64,000 nucleotides of DNA from assembly GCA_013265495.1 (NCBI GenBank), contig MU057719.1:994001-1058000 (forward strand). The letters run 5' to 3'. The DNA is from Vicugna vicugna. Its lineage: Eukaryota. Position 1 is the stretch's first letter. The number at the start of each line of letters is the position of its first letter. This document shows positions 1 through 11,760 of this stretch, piece by piece. The notes under the pieces are model-generated. The model saw only the letters and a program-made list of their open reading frames with translations, was not told where the DNA came from and did no database searches. The position numbers and the translations under genes are program-made.

Positions 1-1449
1 TCCACTAAACATGCGTGCTCCCTGCGAGATGGTGGGGATACAGCAGTGAACCCACACACAAGGCCCTTGTCCCCACGGGGAGGGTGGCTGGGGGACTGAC
101 AATAACAAGTCAATAGATAAATAAACAAGCCAGTGAATTACGGTCCTGGTGAGGCAGTTGTAGGGGACTCTGGTCCAATTGCCAGGATCCGACATCCAGC
201 ACCACTTACTAGCAGAAGGGTTTGAGTGAGGACTTGGTTTCTCAGTGCCTCAGTTTCCCCTGCATCATAGGGTCCTTGTGATGACCAGATGAGTTAGTTC
301 ATCTGTGTAAAGCAGTTACTGTGGGAACTATTGCGAGTGAACACGGACAGGTAGAGGAGCTGGGGAAGGCCCCCCCCAGGGGGGCAGAGTGACCAGCGTC
401 TGGTTTGGGTCCCAGCAAGCCCACTGATGCTGCAGCTGTCCGGAGTTGGGTGGTCTCTGCATGATGGCTGCAGACCTTAAAGGCTTGTCTGAGCATTACT
501 AGTGTTGATGAAAGCTGGCGTTTATTTAGTGCTCACTTTGTTGTCAGGCCGAGCTGTGAGGCCCCTTGTGCCCGGTGCTGTTGAACCTTCCCGGGGCACC
601 ACTGCTCCCCCTCCACTGCAAGAGGAGGGGGCTGAGGCTCAGAAGGCACCACCGCTCTCCCCTCCACTTCCAGAGGAGGGGCTGAGGCTCAGAAGATCTA
701 GCAGCTTGCCCAAAGTCATTCTGCTAATAACTGGCACGGCTGAGATTTGAACCCAGGAAGTCTGGCTCCTAACTACGAAGGGGGCCGTGATCCCTGCCCC
801 TATTCTGGCCAAGCCACCGTGGAAACCCTGGCCTGGTGTGTGGGTTGGAGCAGTTCATAGCCTGGACCTCGGACAGTGGTTAGAAAGAGGACGACAGGCA
901 GTCCTGGCTCCTCCATTCACCATCTGAGACACCTTGAGTGCACCCTTCGGTCTGTCCCAGCCTCAGGTTTGTCCCCCTGGACAGTGATCCAGGCTTCCAT
1001 GAGAGTTTCCTAAGATAATGACGGTCCAGGGCATAACACAGTACCCGGCAACCAGGAGGTGCTCGGTAAATGGTCACTTAAAAAAAAACACATTGTCCTT
1101 TTATTCGTCTGGTCAGCAGCTCACTGAGCACCCGAGCTAGTGACACAGCCTGTCATGAACAGGGCTCCACGCCCCAGAAAGAATGTGACTGAGACCTCCT
1201 GCACCTGGGACAGCAGCCAGCGTCCTTAGGCCTCCACTGGGCCTGATGAAGGTGCCTGTGTCTCCTGAGAACAGAACCAGAGGGGTTAAGGTGACCGCTG
1301 CCTGAGGCTGGGTCAGCAGTGCCTGATGCGGAGGGCAAGACAGGCCAGAGGGTGTGGCGAGGGCGGGCGTGCTGCTGCCGCCGGGGCCTTACAGGCACTG
1401 GTGGGCCAGGGCACCTGATGATTCTTGGTTTTTTTTGTTTGCCCTCCAG

Positions 1450-1530
1450 ATTGAGGACGAGACACAGGTGTCGAGGGCCACCCAGGGCGAGCAGGACAAC
1501 TACGAGATGCACGTGCGAGCCGCCAACATC
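1450..1530 (+). CDS. MED22: MED22 internal coding exon (IEDETQVSRATQGEQDNYEMHVRAANI); the start-codon exon lies upstream of the window
   Basis: 81-nt exon with ...ccctccag acceptor and gtgagt donor, phase 0/0; the peptide matches recalled mammalian MED22/SURF5. Confidence 0.96.
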
Positions 1531-2286
1531 GTGAGTCACCAGGTGGAGGGCACAGCCCGGGCTCCAGGAGCCTTGTGGTCCCCACTGGGGTTTCCTGGGT
1601 GGGGAGGAGGAGGGCTGTCCACGGCAGCCGTGAGAGGGGCTGGCAGATAACGGGCCAGGTCCATCCTGTCCAACCACGGCCGGGCAGTGGTGAGAAAGAG
1701 GATGATTCTTTGTCAGTGCGGGAAGCGAACTGCCTGATGGAACAGGATGTGCAGTTGGGTCCTTTGATCAGGATATGCATCCCTTGATGTCACAGAACAA
1801 GCACAGCAGCTACGTATTTCCATAGCTCCGGGCCCACAGGTGAAAATGCAAAGGACAGGATCCTAAAGGAAGCCCCCCAGCTGGCAAGCGTGCTGTCCCT
1901 GAGGCAGGGCAGGCGGTTAAATGGGATCCCAGTTTTATCTGGGGTTTCAGGTTTTGAGAAGCAGAACCTGTACTTGAATAACACGTGTGATTAGAGATCA
2001 TCCCAGCAGGGGCACAAGCAGAGGCCAGGGGAGGGGAGAGGAGGGACCCGGGAAGGGATGGCGCTCGCCTTGGAAGCTTTTCCTTGGGCTGCGGGGGTTG
2101 CCAGGGATGCTGCCTCCTGTAGCTGACCTTCTAGTTCCCCCACGTCTCACGGCGACCCTGTGGAGGTCAGTACCGCAGCCCCACTTTGCAGGTGAGGGAA
2201 CTGAGGCCATTGCTCAGCCAGCGTCAGGCTCACGGAGGCTGGCTGCGGACACTCCCTCACCCTACCTGCCCCCGTTCCCACCCCAG

Positions 2287-2505
2287 GTCCGAGCCGGCGA
2301 GTCCCTGATGAAGCTGGTGTCCGACCTCAAGCAGTTCCTCATCCTCAACGACTTCCCGTCGGTGAACGAGGCCATCGACCAGCGCAACCAGCAGCTGCGA
2401 GCGCTGCAGGAGGAGTGTGACCGGAAGCTCGTCGCCCTGCGGGATGAGGTCTCCATCGACCTCTACGAGCTGGAGGAGGAGTATTACTCGTCCAGGTACA
2501 AATAG
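2287..2505 (+). CDS. MED22: MED22 exon [17 protein letters not shown]...LEEEYYSS. Read-through gives the short isoform ending RYK-stop (TAG 2503-2505); the internal donor after 2495 is used for the long isoform
   Basis: ccccag acceptor at 2281-2286; ORF 1987..2505 contains the MED22 core peptide; AG|gtacaa donor at 2495/2496. Confidence 0.96.
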   Translation, partial: VRAGESLMKLVSDLKQFLILNDFPSVNEAIDQRNQQLRALQEECDRKLVALRDEVSIDLYELEEEYYSSRYK

Positions 2506-4828
2506 GGCTGGACCCCGAGCTGAGTGGACCTGCAGTCCTGGGCCTGGCCAGCTGGGGTGGCCCAGCCCCACCTGGCAGCCCGAAGGTCTTGTTTTTCAAA
2601 TCCTTCCCTGTCTTGGCAGCAGAGCCCTGTGCCTGGGTTTCAGAGCAGACCTCATGGTCAGAGCATCTGATTGACAGACAATTTATACCATCTACCGGGG
2701 CCTGGGCATCAGGATGAAAATTGCAGAACCTCGAAGGTTGGGAGGGCCAAACCAGCCTTTCTGCCTGGGGTGATGGCTGCCTCTCTCTGGGCCTGTCTGC
2801 TCCTCTTAGCTGTCTCATCAGTGTTTAAACATTCTGGCCAAGGCTGGGCTAGCTCTTTTGGCCTCCCAGGCCCACGTCCAGGAAGGAGGAAGAAAGAACC
2901 CAGAGAACGGCCTTGACAGCCAGGCCTGGGGTCCTTGGACCCCTGAGTTCCCTTTCAACTCAACTTTGTTCAGACTGGAGCCAGCCGACATGCCAGGCCT
3001 GTGCTGGGCCCCAGGTATCTGGCAGTGGGCAAGACCTGTCTCCCTGGTCCTCACGTGACCGCTTAGAATCCTGAAACCTGAGGCTGGAGGGGTCCTGAAA
3101 AATCAGAGTCCAAGTGTAACTTATGCATGGGGAAACAGGCTGGAAACTGGGAGGTCTCAGCAGACGCAAAGTCTGTGCTCCCTCTCGCCCTCGCTGCACA
3201 GTTTTTTTTTTTCTGTCGTGGATTTTCAGTGCTTCTCTCTGTGCTGTGGAGGCCATGCTGGGGCCGCAGACACCCAGAGCCAGCACACCTTTGGTCTGAG
3301 GCTTGGCTTCCCTGCACTGGACTCAGTGCCCCCTTCAGGGTCCCTGCCCCTCCTGGCCTCTGTGGGAAGGGAGAGTCTCACTGCCCAGCTGGAGCGGTTT
3401 AGACCTTTCTGGAGGGTGGAGCCACGTCTCGTCCCTGATCCCATCGGCTCAGCAGACATGCAGCGAGCATTGCCTACACACCAGGCCTTCAGAGAGGGTC
3501 CAGAGCGGGTCTCACGGGGACTCAAACCTTGCTGGGACATTGCTCACAGCCCCGCTTGGTTTTGCAGAATCCCAGAATCCCTTACGTCCCTGTGTTTGTC
3601 CCTCTGCTGCCCCCAAGGGCCAGGCCCACAGTGAAACCCAGGGGTCCTGAGAGCTGAGCTTCCCACATCCTGGCTCCTGGTCCATCAGTCTCTGGTTCAC
3701 CTGGATGGTTTCTGGTCTGGCCTGGGAGCCCCTCCCACTATTCCTGGTACCTCCGGAGGCTGAGTTCGTCCCTCATCTGTAAATATATGTCAGTGGCTGG
3801 GGCTCAGCTGCGTCAGGACCAGCGGGCTGTGTATTCCCCTCCCCTGGCTTATCCCCCAACACGGGTTGCGTGTGCCCCAGCCCCCTGAGCCGCCGGCACT
3901 CCAGGTGCTTCCCCGCTGCCCACACACCCATCTCCACGCTCTCTGCTCTGCTTTCTGCTCACGATTTGCTCTTTTTCTTCCTCTCACCCTCCACTCTCCT
4001 TGGGACACTGCTCTGTGTCCAGGATGGTTTCGGAGACTAAACACTGAGGGCAGGAGCACGGGAGGAAGCGAGGGGCAGGGCAGGATTCGGGAGACAGCCA
4101 GCAAGATGACTGCAGGGACAGGACCGTGCTCTGTGCACCCTCTTGACCACCTTCCAGAGCCATGCTCTTCACCTGCATCTGCATCCCAAGTCTTCTCGCA
4201 GCCCCGAGAGGCCGGCCTGGCTGTGCCTGTACTAGAGATGGGAGACTGAGTTTAAGGGGCCTGTTTGAGGTCGCACAGCTGGTCAGTGGTGCGAGACAGA
4301 ATGCCAGGGCCTCTGCTTCTAACTGCTGCCCAGTTTAGGCTGAGGCCCAGCCAGGGGCAGACCCAGAAAGAAGACAGGGTCTGTGCCCTCAGGGGGCTTG
4401 CGAAGCATTAGGATCAGGGAAGGACTCTAGCAAGCTCTGGACACTGGTTCCTGCAGCTGTGAACAGAGTATGTGGCCAGGCTGGAGGAGGAAGGCAGCTG
4501 GAGCCAGGATAGGAAGTGACAGCGGGGGCTAGGAAGGCCATGTGGCAGAAAGGACATGGGTTGGTCAGTGGAAGGGACCTGCCGAGATCACACAGCCTGC
4601 TGGTGGCTGGTCCCAGTAGACTCCTTTTAGGAATCCCTGGGGGACCCTGAAGCAGGGGCAGCCCCCACAGGCCCCTCAGCCAGGCCTGCTTGTTGGAGGG
4701 GCCAGTACAGAGGAGAGGGCGGTCCGGGGTGTGGTCTGTTTCTTAACTCTGCTTCTATCTCGCTTTCCTTCCCCTGGCTTCCATCCTGCCTGCTCCTGTC
4801 TCTCCCTGGGTTTCTGGTGGTGGAAAAG

Positions 4829-5018
4829 CTCAAGTCTTTGCGAAGCTAATGATCTGCCTCTATGCGAAGCTTACTGGAGGCTGGACCTCGACACAGACCC
4901 TGCTGATGGCCTCTCAGCCCCTCTGCTGGCATCCCCGGAGCCCAGTGCCGGCCCCCTGCAGGCGGCAGCCCCTGCCCACTCCCACACCGGCGGCCCCGTA
5001 CCCACAGAGCACACCTGA
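4829..5018 (+). CDS. MED22: MED22 terminal exon of the long isoform (SSSLCEANDLPLCEAYWRLDLDTD...PTEHT-stop)
   Basis: AG at 4827-4828; the phase-2 join with the 2495 donor gives AG+C=Ser in frame; the peptide matches the recalled SURF5B C-terminus. Confidence 0.9.
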
Positions 5019-5532
5019 GCCTCCCAGGGCTCCCCTCCCTGGGCCTCTAGAACCTGCGGAATGAAATCCAGTGCCCCCTCTCTGGGCCCCCACAGCCTCA
5101 ACTCCCTTCAGCCTTCATTCCCCCTGGGGGAGCCACTATGGCCCTGTCAGCCCAGGGACAGTCCACCTAGGAGTGTTCCCCCAGCCATTCTGGGGTTGCT
5201 GTCTTCTGGCTGGCTGGGTAGAGGGAAGTTTCCAGGACAGTTTGTCCTGTTGGGCACCTAACAGTGGGGCAGGAAGGATGCCTAGTGTTGGGAGGCCCGA
5301 CCTGAGCTGTTTACCAGGGTGAGGGGAGGTAGTGCTCAGAGCGGACAGAACTAGCCAAGACCAGGTCTCCTACACAGAGCTCTGCCTGCTACTTCGCCTG
5401 GAAGCTCCCTGCGCTGACTGCCCCTGCAGGGCTATGGGTAAGCGGGACCACCTGCTCTTACAGAAGTCAGGCAGGATCCTTCCTGATTTTGCTGCTGCAC
5501 ACATTCTGGTTATTTTTGTAATGAGACTGTTG

Positions 5533-5538
5533 AATAAA
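5533..5538 (+). terminator. MED22: Polyadenylation signal AATAAA, likely for MED22
   Basis: Canonical hexamer about 515 nt after the long-isoform stop, followed by a U/GU-rich tract (ttttgcgttgattggttccttttcttgttt). Confidence 0.75.
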
Positions 5539-6199
5539 ACCAGCTCCACCCTTTTGCGTTGATTGGTTCCTTTTCTTGTTTGCCCCTGTCATTCTTGGAC
5601 CACCTTTGGTCTCCCAGTGGCTGTCAGAAAACAGCCCCTGGTCTCTGCCTGGACAACCTTGGGCTCCAAGTCAGCCTCCTCCCCTCGGGGACTCTGGGCA
5701 AGTGGGGGCTGTTAGTTTGGGGTCATGGCTGCATTCCCATTGCCTAGAAAGTAGTGTCTAGGACGTAGAAGGGCCTAAATGTCTGGTGGATACATGAAAA
5801 GCTGCCGCCATTACTGCACTCCACGTGGCCCGGGCGCCTGTACCTCTGGTTGCACCCTCAGTCGGTGCTGTTGTTACTGGCATCTCAGGGAAGGGCGGCC
5901 ACAGGCTTGGAAGGGGCTGAAGTGTGATGCCCATGGTCACGGAGCTGGGAAGTGAAGTGGCAGAACTCAGGACTCAGCCCAGAAAGAATGCCAGGCCCAA
6001 TGCCTGGTGCCAGGCTCACCGAGAAAGGGTGGGGGTTCGCCAGAGGAGCCTGGACTTCACCCCTGCGCCCTGTCACCGGCGTGCTTATCTCCTTCCCATG
6101 AGGGAGATCATCGCCCAGTGTATGGAGATGGCAAGCCACGATCCGCCACACCTACACTCGCCCGGCTTATCAGCAGTTTCCACTGAAACGGTGCAGACA

Positions 6200-6900
6200 C
6201 GTGGGCTTTCTTCGCCGCCTGTATCCCAGGGCGTAGAACCCGAGGCGCGCAGTCCTTTCCGAACGAACGCGGGCTCGCCAGCTTCCACCTGGGGTCTGAG
6301 CCCCCGAGGACTGAATTCCTGCCGGCCTGTTCTGTCGCCTTCCTGGGTACTGAACGCCTACTGCGCACCAGGCGCTGCGTCGGGGCCGCGCCCAGCCCCT
6401 ACCCGCGGCCCACAAGGCTTTGCGCCCCGCCCCGCGCGCCTCTTCCGGTGGAGCCAGGCCTGGCTAATCGAGCGCCGCGCGCCGGCGGCTCGGCATTCGG
6501 CCGGAGGCGCCTGCCCACGCGGTAGTTTCCGGTGAGCTCAGTCGGGTGGGTGAGAATCGCGCAAGTTGGGGCTGGTGTGTGTGTCGAGGGGCGGCCGGTG
6601 CGGGCATCGGACCCCACACCCCGACCCTCCTTCCCCGGAGTAGGACCCCGAGCGAGCCCCGCCCGACCCCCGAGGCTTCGGCCATGGCTTCTCTGCTCGC
6701 GAAGGATGCGTACTTGCAGAGCCTGGCCAGGAAGATCTGCTCCCAGCCCAGCCCCGATTCGCAGAAGCGCAAGTCGGGTAAAGCTCAGCCAGGGGCCGGG
6801 ATTTGGAGGGCTTCGGAAGGGGGCGCCCCTCCACCCACCAGCGGCGGGAGTCGGTGTCTACCCCACACCGCACCCGAGTAGCCTTCAGGTGGAGTAGACA
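6200..6900 (+). promoter_or_regulatory. SURF6: CpG-island, TATA-less promoter of SURF6
   Basis: Dense CpG; GC box ccccgccccg at ~6425-6434; ETS-type cttccgg at 6442-6448 and tttccggt at ~6526; overlaps coding exon 1. Confidence 0.8.
6684..6777 (+). CDS. SURF6: SURF6 coding exon 1 (MASLLAKDAYLQSLARKICSQPSPDSQKRKS)
   Basis: Kozak gccATGg at 6684; 94 nt, phase-1 donor gtaaag; N-terminus matches recalled SURF6. Confidence 0.95.
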
Positions 6901-8008
6901 CGTAGATGCGTGAGACAAGCCTGTGAAATACTAGAAGGAAGGATTGTAAGGGATGCTTAAAGGCAGCTTCATTTCCCTTGCTCCTTGGGGGAAGCAGTCT
7001 GGGTGGGGGTGGGGGGGTCGGAGGGATTCAGATGGGCGCCCCCCGGGCAGGAAGCTTGGAGGGGTGACCATGCGGAATGGGTGTTCTGCTGTTAGGGATC
7101 GTGAACAGGCTTGGCCAGCTCTCCACAATGGATGGAGGTGATGAGCGATGATGAAAAAAAATTTCAGCGCATTACTATGGGCCTGGTGCTGTATGGGGAG
7201 AAAGAAGAAGATGGCTCTTGCCAGTGGGGGTCTACATGGCAGGGGTGACAAGGCCACCCTCAGGAAGCAGATACACAAAACAGATGAAACAGACAAAAAC
7301 TGGCCTGCAGGGAGCTGGGGATTGTAAAGTACTGCCTGGGTCCACACGAGGGAGAGAGCAGCAGGGCCTGGCACGGTACCACCAGAGAACAAAAACGACT
7401 TTTTCTCTTTATATAAGGAAAATATAGTCGTTACAGAAATTAAGTGAATTTTCTCACCACTCAGTAATAAGTTAGATCTGTGTCTTTCTGGTCTTTTTTT
7501 TTTTTTTGAGTATTTCTCACTTCCTGAAACAATTCTCTTCCTACTTTCTGCATTCATTTTTTTCCTTTTAGATTGTAAACATTTTCTCCACCTATTAAAA
7601 TGAAAGCCTGTGTCATTATTTTTGATGGCTACATTGTAGTTTGTTGTATGGCAGTGCCATAATTGTCCCTGTAGATTTAGGGTTTAAGAAATTTAGGTTT
7701 TCCTTGTTTTTCACTTAAACAATGTTATGATGAGCATCCTTGAGGCCAAATCTTTGTGCATATCCAGAATGAATTCTCAGCAAGCAGACTGCTGGGTCAG
7801 CATGTGGATGTTTTCAGGGTTTGATAAGTGTGGCCAGTTTGCCCTCTAGGAAGTTTGTGGTTCTGAGCTCAGTGGATAAGGGTCTCCATATCCTCCATCC
7901 TGATTGGCTCTGGCATCCTTCTAGCACCAAAGCCTTTACAACACCTTCCTACCTATTGAATGGATCACAGATATTGGGATGGCAGCCCTTTCTCATTTTG
8001 TGTTTCAG

Positions 8009-8203
8009 CTGGCAAAGCTCGAGTCTCAGAAGCTGGTGGGCCCCCAAAGAAGAAGAGGAAGAAAGCCCAGAAGAAATCCCGGGAGCGGGATGAGAAGGCT
8101 GCAGAGCCCAAGGTTCACGCCCCTGCAGAGAAGCCTCAGGCCAGGAAGCCTGCGGCAGCCCTGGAGGAGGAAGAGGCCCCCAGCTCCCCCAGGGCACCTG
8201 CCG
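8009..8203 (+). CDS. SURF6: SURF6 coding exon 2 (AGKARVSEAGGPPKKKRKKAQKK...RAPA)
   Basis: tgtttcag acceptor and gtgagg donor, 195 nt, phase 1/1; contains the basic NLS-like PPKKKRKK. Confidence 0.92.
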
Positions 8204-8790
8204 GTGAGGGTCGGGTAGGGCCGACTGGGATCTAGGATCTAAGCAAATGTGGCCCTTCCTCTCTGGCCATGACAGCACCCTCAGGCACACTGAGACAGCA
8301 TGAGACTTCCCGAAGGATGGGTTTTCAGAGGTTACATCACAGGGGCTCTGTGCGTGGACGGGATTCCACAAGTGCACAGTAGTGCCAAGCCACATAGTAA
8401 CTGGGATGAAGAGGGGCAGGCCCGTGTTCCACAGAGCACCAGGAGTAGCTTGGCTTGACTGCTCTCAGGTCTCTGAAATGGTGTCCTGAGAGCTGCCTTG
8501 GGGGGCAAGGGGGCAGGGTGGGCGGCTGCAGAAGTTGGGAGGAATGGGAGATGGGTTTGGCTTGCACTGTGGGAAGAGTTTTTTCATACCACATGAGGAT
8601 GTCCTGGGGATGTCAATCCAGGTTGAAGAGGTGGAGTAGAATTACTGGAAATGTCCTGCAGATCCATGAGTGGCCACTGGGGGGGGTTGTCCGTGCACGG
8701 AGACTGGGGCTTTGAAGCTGGGCCCCAGGGGAGGACACAGAAAGGTCCGGGAGGGGGGCTTCTTTCAGTCTCCCGACCCTTCCTTTGCAG

Positions 8791-8879
8791 ATGGCCCAGC
8801 CAAAGAGCCTGAGTCTTTATTCGCCTTGGACGTTCTGCGGCAGCGCCTGCGCGAGAAGATACAGGAGGCCCGCGGCCAG
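8791..8879 (+). CDS. SURF6: SURF6 coding exon 3 (DGPAKEPESLFALDVLRQRLREKIQEARGQ)
   Basis: tcctttgcag acceptor and gtgggt donor, 89 nt, phase 1/0; conserved LRQRLxEKIQEARGQ motif. Confidence 0.95.
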
Positions 8880-9896
8880 GTGGGTGGGGAGACCTCCCTG
8901 GGTGCTGCCTGCAGGAGGAGACGCTGGGCTCCCTCTGAGGTCGGCTCCCAGCCCCGCCAGCCTTCGTGGGCCTGGTGGGCATTTCAGTGGAATGTGGGGC
9001 TGACAGGAGGGCCTCAGCCCTGTTCCTGCCCCTCCAGCGGGTCCTGCCAGGACCGCCGCAGCTCCATTCTGTGAGACATCAGGTGTGGTTCTCATCACCT
9101 TGGGGCTCTGGGTCCCCAGGGCCACCCGTCTTCAGCTGGCTCTGCTGTCCATGGCCTTGGAGGGAGACTCAGCTTCTTCTCTGGGGAAGCTGCGTCTGCT
9201 GAGACACCCACACCGGGCGGCCCTTCCTACAGGTTTTTCATCTAAATGTCACGACGGCCCTAGGAGGTAGGCGAGGGCTTGAGGCAAGGTGACCTCCCCC
9301 AAGTGACAGCCATGGGAGGCTCGGGCACCTGAGTCTACCTCAGCGCTTTCTGCTGAACGGCCTCACTTCCTTCCTTCTGCTGAACAGCCACCCCCTTCCG
9401 CGGGGAGCTGCCCCAGGCCTCTTGCTGTGTGGGAACAGTCCACAGCTGCTTTCTGCCCTGTCCTGGGACAGGCCCGAGGGCCAGTTTCTGAGAGGTGACC
9501 CCGGCTCTGGGCCCTGCTGTCCTGCAGAGGCCCAGGGCCCTCCTGTCTGCCTGGCTGAGCTCAGGACAGTGCCCTGGTCTGCACCGAAACCGGGGCGTTC
9601 CGATCCACTGCCAAGATCTGGATGGTGGCGTTGGCCCAGCCCCCTGCTCTTCTCTCGGAAATGACCGAGGACACGCCCCTTCTTGGGTCACTGGGGAGGT
9701 TTAGCGGCCCCGTGTTTGTGACCTGCCCTGGTGTGGGGCAGGTGCCTGGAAACCGCAGGCGGTTCTCGCGGGGTCCCCTTGTGTCTTTCGGGTGCGTTTT
9801 GGGTGCTCGGGCATCTCCGAGTGGAACGCTTGTCCTGCCAGACGGGGGGCCCGAGGTTGGGAGAACCTTAGGAGCCAGCGCCCGCTTTCCCCCCAG

Positions 9897-10081
9897 GGCG
9901 GCGCCGAGGAGCTGTCTGCCGCCGCTTTGGAGAAACGACGACGGAGGAAGCAGGAGCGGGACCGGAAGAAGAGGAAGCGCAAGGAGCTGAGAGCGAAGGA
10001 GAAGGCGGCCACGGCCCCGGCGGCGGCGGCGGCGGAGGAGGCCGCCGAGGAGCCCGGCGAGGAGGAGGCGGCGCAGTGTGA
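9897..10081 (+). CDS. SURF6: SURF6 exon-4-derived segment (GGAEELSAAALEKRRRRKQERDRKKRKRKELRAKEKA...). No 3' donor is seen, and this frame runs on to TGA at 10134-10136
   Basis: ccccag acceptor at 9891-9896, in frame with exon 3; the peptide matches SURF6. The 3' boundary is approximate. Confidence 0.85.
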
Positions 10082-10549
10082 GGGGCAGAGCCCGCCGGCG
10101 AGGCGGGGCGCCGCAAGGAGAAGAGGCGGAAGCTGAAGGGGAACCTGACGCCGCTGACGGGCAGGAACTACCGGCAGCTGCTGGAGCGCCTGCGGGCGCG
10201 GCGGGCCCGGCTGGAGGAGCTGCGGGAGCGGGACGCGGGCAGGGCGCGGGAGCTCGAGGCCAGGATGCGGTGGACCAACCTGCTGTACAAGGCGGAGGGC
10301 GTGCGCATCCGCGACGACGAGCAGCGGCTGCAGGACGCCCTGCGGCGCAAGGAGCGGCGGCGCGCGCGGCGCAGGCGCACATGGGAGAAGCGCACGGCGC
10401 ACGTGGTGGAGCAGATGCAGCAGCGGCAGGACCGGCGGCGGCAGAACCTGCGCAGGAAGAAGGCGGCCAAGGCGGAGCGGCGCCTGGAGAAGGCCCGCAA
10501 GAAGGGCCGGATCCTGCCCCAGGACCTGGAGCGGGCCGGCCTGGCGTGA
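10082..10549 (+). CDS. SURF6: SURF6 exon-5-derived C-terminal domain (EPAGEAGRRKEKRRKLKGNLTPLTGRNYRQLLERL...KKGRILPQDLERAGLA-stop), out of frame with the preceding segment in this sequence
   Basis: Frame open from 10082 to TGA 10547-10549; hallmark motifs KGNLTPLTGRNY, WTNLLYKAEGV and ARKKGRI. Confidence 0.88.
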   Translation, partial: GAEPAGEAGRRKEKRRKLKGNLTPLTGRNYRQLLERLRARRARLEELRERDAGRARELEARMRWTNLLYKAEGVRIRDDEQRLQDALRRKERRRARRRRTWEKRTAHVVEQMQQRQDRRRQNLRRKKAAKAERRLEKARKKGRILPQDLERAGLA

Positions 10550-11299
10550 GGGCCGTGGCCTCGCCGTCCGACCCCCACCCCGACCCGAGCAGGCGCGGGC
10601 CCCTGGCGGCAAATGGACCCTGGCCGCGCGCCCCTCGCCGACTTGGCGGGAGGGTTCAGGCGGGCGGGCGAAAGAGACTTCGGGCCCAGGGAAGGGGTGG
10701 CCAGGTCTGGGCTCCAGCTTCTTGTGAGGCCAGAGTGCTCCCTGGAAGTTGCTGGTGTGGGGCAGGGAGCAGTGAGGAGGGAGTGGGCGTCGGGGGCGTG
10801 GGGCTCTTCATTGGCCCCCTCCTCCTCTCCCGTGCTCAGAGGAGCAGGAACTCAGTGGCCCTTGTGACTGCCGAATCAGTCCAGAACTCCCTTGGAAGGG
10901 ACGAAAATCGGCCCCTGTAACCGGAGCTGCAGGTGGAATTGACGGGGTCAGGTAACTGGGGTCTGGATATAAATGATGCCAAATTTGTAAAAGGAGTAAA
11001 AATGAGAGTTTAAACGAAACACGCACATTTCAAGTCCTAAAATAACCACTAAAAGATGGAAACGGTGTTACTAACCTAGGAGGAAGGAAAATGAAGTGGG
11101 GTGGGTGATACCACTCTGGGAGGCAGCAGGAGAGAGGGAAAGAGGAAAACCTGGAACCAAGCAAGGTGGATGGAAGAGCCAGAGTAAGGGGGGGAGTCGG
11201 GTCCAAGCCCCCAGGCAGCTAGAATGAGTGCCCATCAACAAAATTCGGATGAATTTTATGGTATGTGGATTGTATTTAAGTGAAACTATTAATAATTCT

Positions 11300-11760
11300 T
11301 TTGACTGAACTCCAGTTAAGAAACAGTTGGTAACCAGAAGAAAGCTGGTGTGGCTGTAGTATTAGATGAAGTCGACATTAACGTAAAAAAATCCCTAAAG
11401 AGAAAGAACGTGACCACAAACTGAAGAGGGGCCCCGGTCACCTGGAAGGGCTGAACAGCTGCAGCAGGAGCACAGCCGCAGGGAGAAACCTGTTCACACA
11501 CCAGCGGGGGCGTCTGCCAGGTCTGAGGAACTGATAGACCAAGCGGACAAAGTCAGGTGGACACGAAGGACTTGAGTGGTAGCGTTTACAGGCTGCTCTG
11601 ATGGACGCACACTGAACAGTGTATGAGAAGACGACTGTACTTAGAGCACACCTGGCGTAGTGGTCCCTGACCGCGCGTTGGGCTGTGAGGCGCGTCTCAG
11701 ATGTCAGAGAATCGGCCTCATACAAAGACTGATAGCTAGCCAAGGGACAACTTAAAGCCT
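11300..11760 (+). mobile_element. Degraded LINE-1 ORF2 (endonuclease-region) fragment
   Basis: aaccagaagaaagctggtgtggctgtagtattagatgaagtcgac resembles L1 EN-coding sequence; no intact ORF. Confidence 0.5.

Noticed and set aside
4740..4747. U12-type intron suggested by the ttcttaac branch motif
   Set aside because: The donor is gtacaa, not the U12 consensus gtatcc, and the motif is too far from the acceptor.
10076..10090. GT...AG micro-intron (11-15 nt) that might repair the SURF6 frame
   Set aside because: Far too short for splicing. The 11-nt removal creates TAG, and the 13- and 15-nt removals do not reach the right frame.
9561..10920. Several 270-300-aa ORFs overlapping the SURF6 3' end
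   Set aside because: Alternative-frame and antisense products of stop-poor, extremely GC-rich coding DNA.
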